A stretch of DNA of 64,000 nucleotides, taken from assembly GCA_020536535.1 (NCBI GenBank), contig JAHLWZ010000858.1, positions 1 to 64,000 on the forward strand, read 5' to 3'. Shown here one piece after another: positions 62,505 through 64,000 of this stretch. Positions within the stretch are counted from its first letter, which is position 1, and every line of letters begins with the position of its first letter. This stretch comes from Pelomyxa schiedti (taxonomy: Eukaryota; Protista; Evosea). The notes below the pieces were generated by a model. It was given only the letters and a program-made list of their open reading frames with translations. It searched no databases and had not been told where the DNA came from. The position numbers and the translations under genes were made by a program.

Positions 62505-63250
62505 GGTGTGGAGTGCAGTAATTTGTTTCAGTGTGGATGAGTCATGTCTCGGTTTTGCCAGATGAACCCGAAAAACAAATGATCACCTCATTTTTCTCTG
62601 AAACACCGTTTCTTTGGATCATTGGGATGCGGGAACAGCCAGGATCTCGGCCCCTGTTGTTGTGGGCAATGCCAATTATTGTCATTGCATGTGGGATGGT
62701 GTGCTTGGTGCTTGCTGTCGGTACATTCTTTCTTTTTTTCGTTTCTTGTGCATATGCACGTCCCACAAGTGGGGTTTGTGATTTTTTTTTTTTTTTTTTT
62801 GATTTATTCAAAGTTGGTTAGTGAAGCACAAGGGCTACCTTCGTGACTTTTTGTCGACTGAAGGAGTCATTGTTTCTATTCTGATGGCTGAATTTATGGT
62901 GGCCGTTCTGGCCCTCGTTGTGTTCCTACATTACCGTTCGAGGTATTTCACGAATCCTATCTTTTTTATTTCCTACTTCCCATTATCCTAAACTACACCG
63001 AATATCCACTAACATAACATATTCCGCCACACAAAGCACCAGAAGCAAGCAGCCACAGCCTCCTATTTCTGCCAAGCCTGTCAAGAAGACCAAGCCCTCC
63101 CACGCTGAATGAAACCGCAACAAATTACTTATACAAGTACTACACGGCAATTTGTGGATCCCAAATTTTTTGACCCACCTCTAAACAAACAGGGTTTGTT
63201 CCCATACCACAAAAGCAAATATTTACAGAATCACAAAACTTTTTTTTTTT

Positions 63251-64000
63251 TTACACGCTGGAGTAAGACGAAACGAGAGGTGTGTATTCACATATTGCTT
63301 GTATTGTAAATCTGTTAGTGAGGCATAAATAGGAATCACAAGTGCCTGTTGTAATGGCGTTGAACCAGGAATCTCTGTCAGGCAATGTAGAAAAAATCAG
63401 TGTTGCTTGCCACAGTGGCGTTATGGATTGATCTCTGTGGAGTGCATAAATTACAAGATTCAAATGGGTGAAGTACTTGGAATAGTAGCCTTCAAGCCAT
63501 ATGCAGTGCTTGTCCAGAGGTATGCCGTTACTTTCTTTTGTGGTATCAGCCACTGTAAGTACGGCAAGACAGTTCAGAGGGGTCAATGACTTCATAACAA
63601 GTTTGGAACTCCAAACAGATCCTTGTGCACGCAATAGAACGTCATTGAAGAGAAGGTACTGCACCTCCTAAAAAAAAAACCCATTACGAAGATTGGACGA
63701 AAAGAAACGCATACCTGGGTATTTCCAGCAATCATTCCATAAAGAATTCCACAAGGTACATGCTCAGTAAGGGTGCCGTACCTAGCATTCGCTTATTCCC
63801 CGTCTCGTGTAAAGTTAACCTCACTTGGTCAATCGTCGGGACGGAATAACTAAGTCTATTGGGGCTCCATTCTGTGCGGCGGGAAGGAAACTTAGAGAAT
63901 GAGACGAGGAATATATGAACACAACTTACCTCATCTGTTACATCAGCATGCAGCTTCCATAATGTCAACTGATTATCCTAATTACCAGCAAAATAAGACA
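63251..64000 (-). CDS. 3' end of a DH-PH RhoGEF-like gene (PH domain); 5' part outside the window
   Basis: Spliced DLVIPSRRLTKYGTL (DH-PH linker), YLLFNDVLL, and terminal PH helix DRDSWFNAI. Confidence 0.7.

Noticed and set aside
62531-63200. Short hydrophobic + strand ORFs between the helicase and RhoGEF genes
   Set aside because: Hydrophobicity is largely due to T-tracts and no coherent gene model could be built.
63732-63968. ORF resembling a C2-like beta domain
   Set aside because: Splicing in another frame gives a canonical DH-PH linker, so this ORF reads through introns.
1-64000. Prokaryotic operon, CRISPR array or prophage interpretation
   Set aside because: Genes are interrupted by spliceosomal introns and encode eukaryote-specific proteins; no repeat-spacer array or phage genes seen.

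Overview
Eukaryotic, gene-dense DNA with many short (mostly ~40-60 nt) spliceosomal introns, so most six-frame ORFs are exon fragments or shadow frames. The gene set (Shk-type kinase-SH2, MrfA/MYRF-like factor, AOAH, intronless HxRCG-motif proteins) fits an amoebozoan protist, possibly an archamoeba such as Pelomyxa; this is inference, not a database result. About 23 genes were reconstructed by manual splicing, so boundaries are approximate. Recognisable genes: Vps15, MED8, dimeric cytidine deaminase, AOAH, MYRF-like, Shk kinase, ZIP transporter, an RRM protein and the 3' end of a RhoGEF. Most unusual: (1) a ~9.4 kb gene that appears to fuse a bacterial-toxin-type ParB-like domain, a UPF1/SEN1-type helicase, a possible RelE-like domain, a UvrD/TRANK1-type helicase and TPR-like repeats, a candidate nucleic-acid-sensing defence protein; (2) a Kelch + F-box + atypical Ras + CAAX fusion; (3) a pseudokinase + beta-helix + IRAK/Pelle-like tandem kinase; (4) tandem intronless Sel1-like paralogues with alternating near-identical and hypervariable blocks, sharing an HxRCG motif with an unrelated gene; (5) a candidate box C/D snoRNA. 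No CRISPR array, rRNA, tRNA or transposon was recognised.
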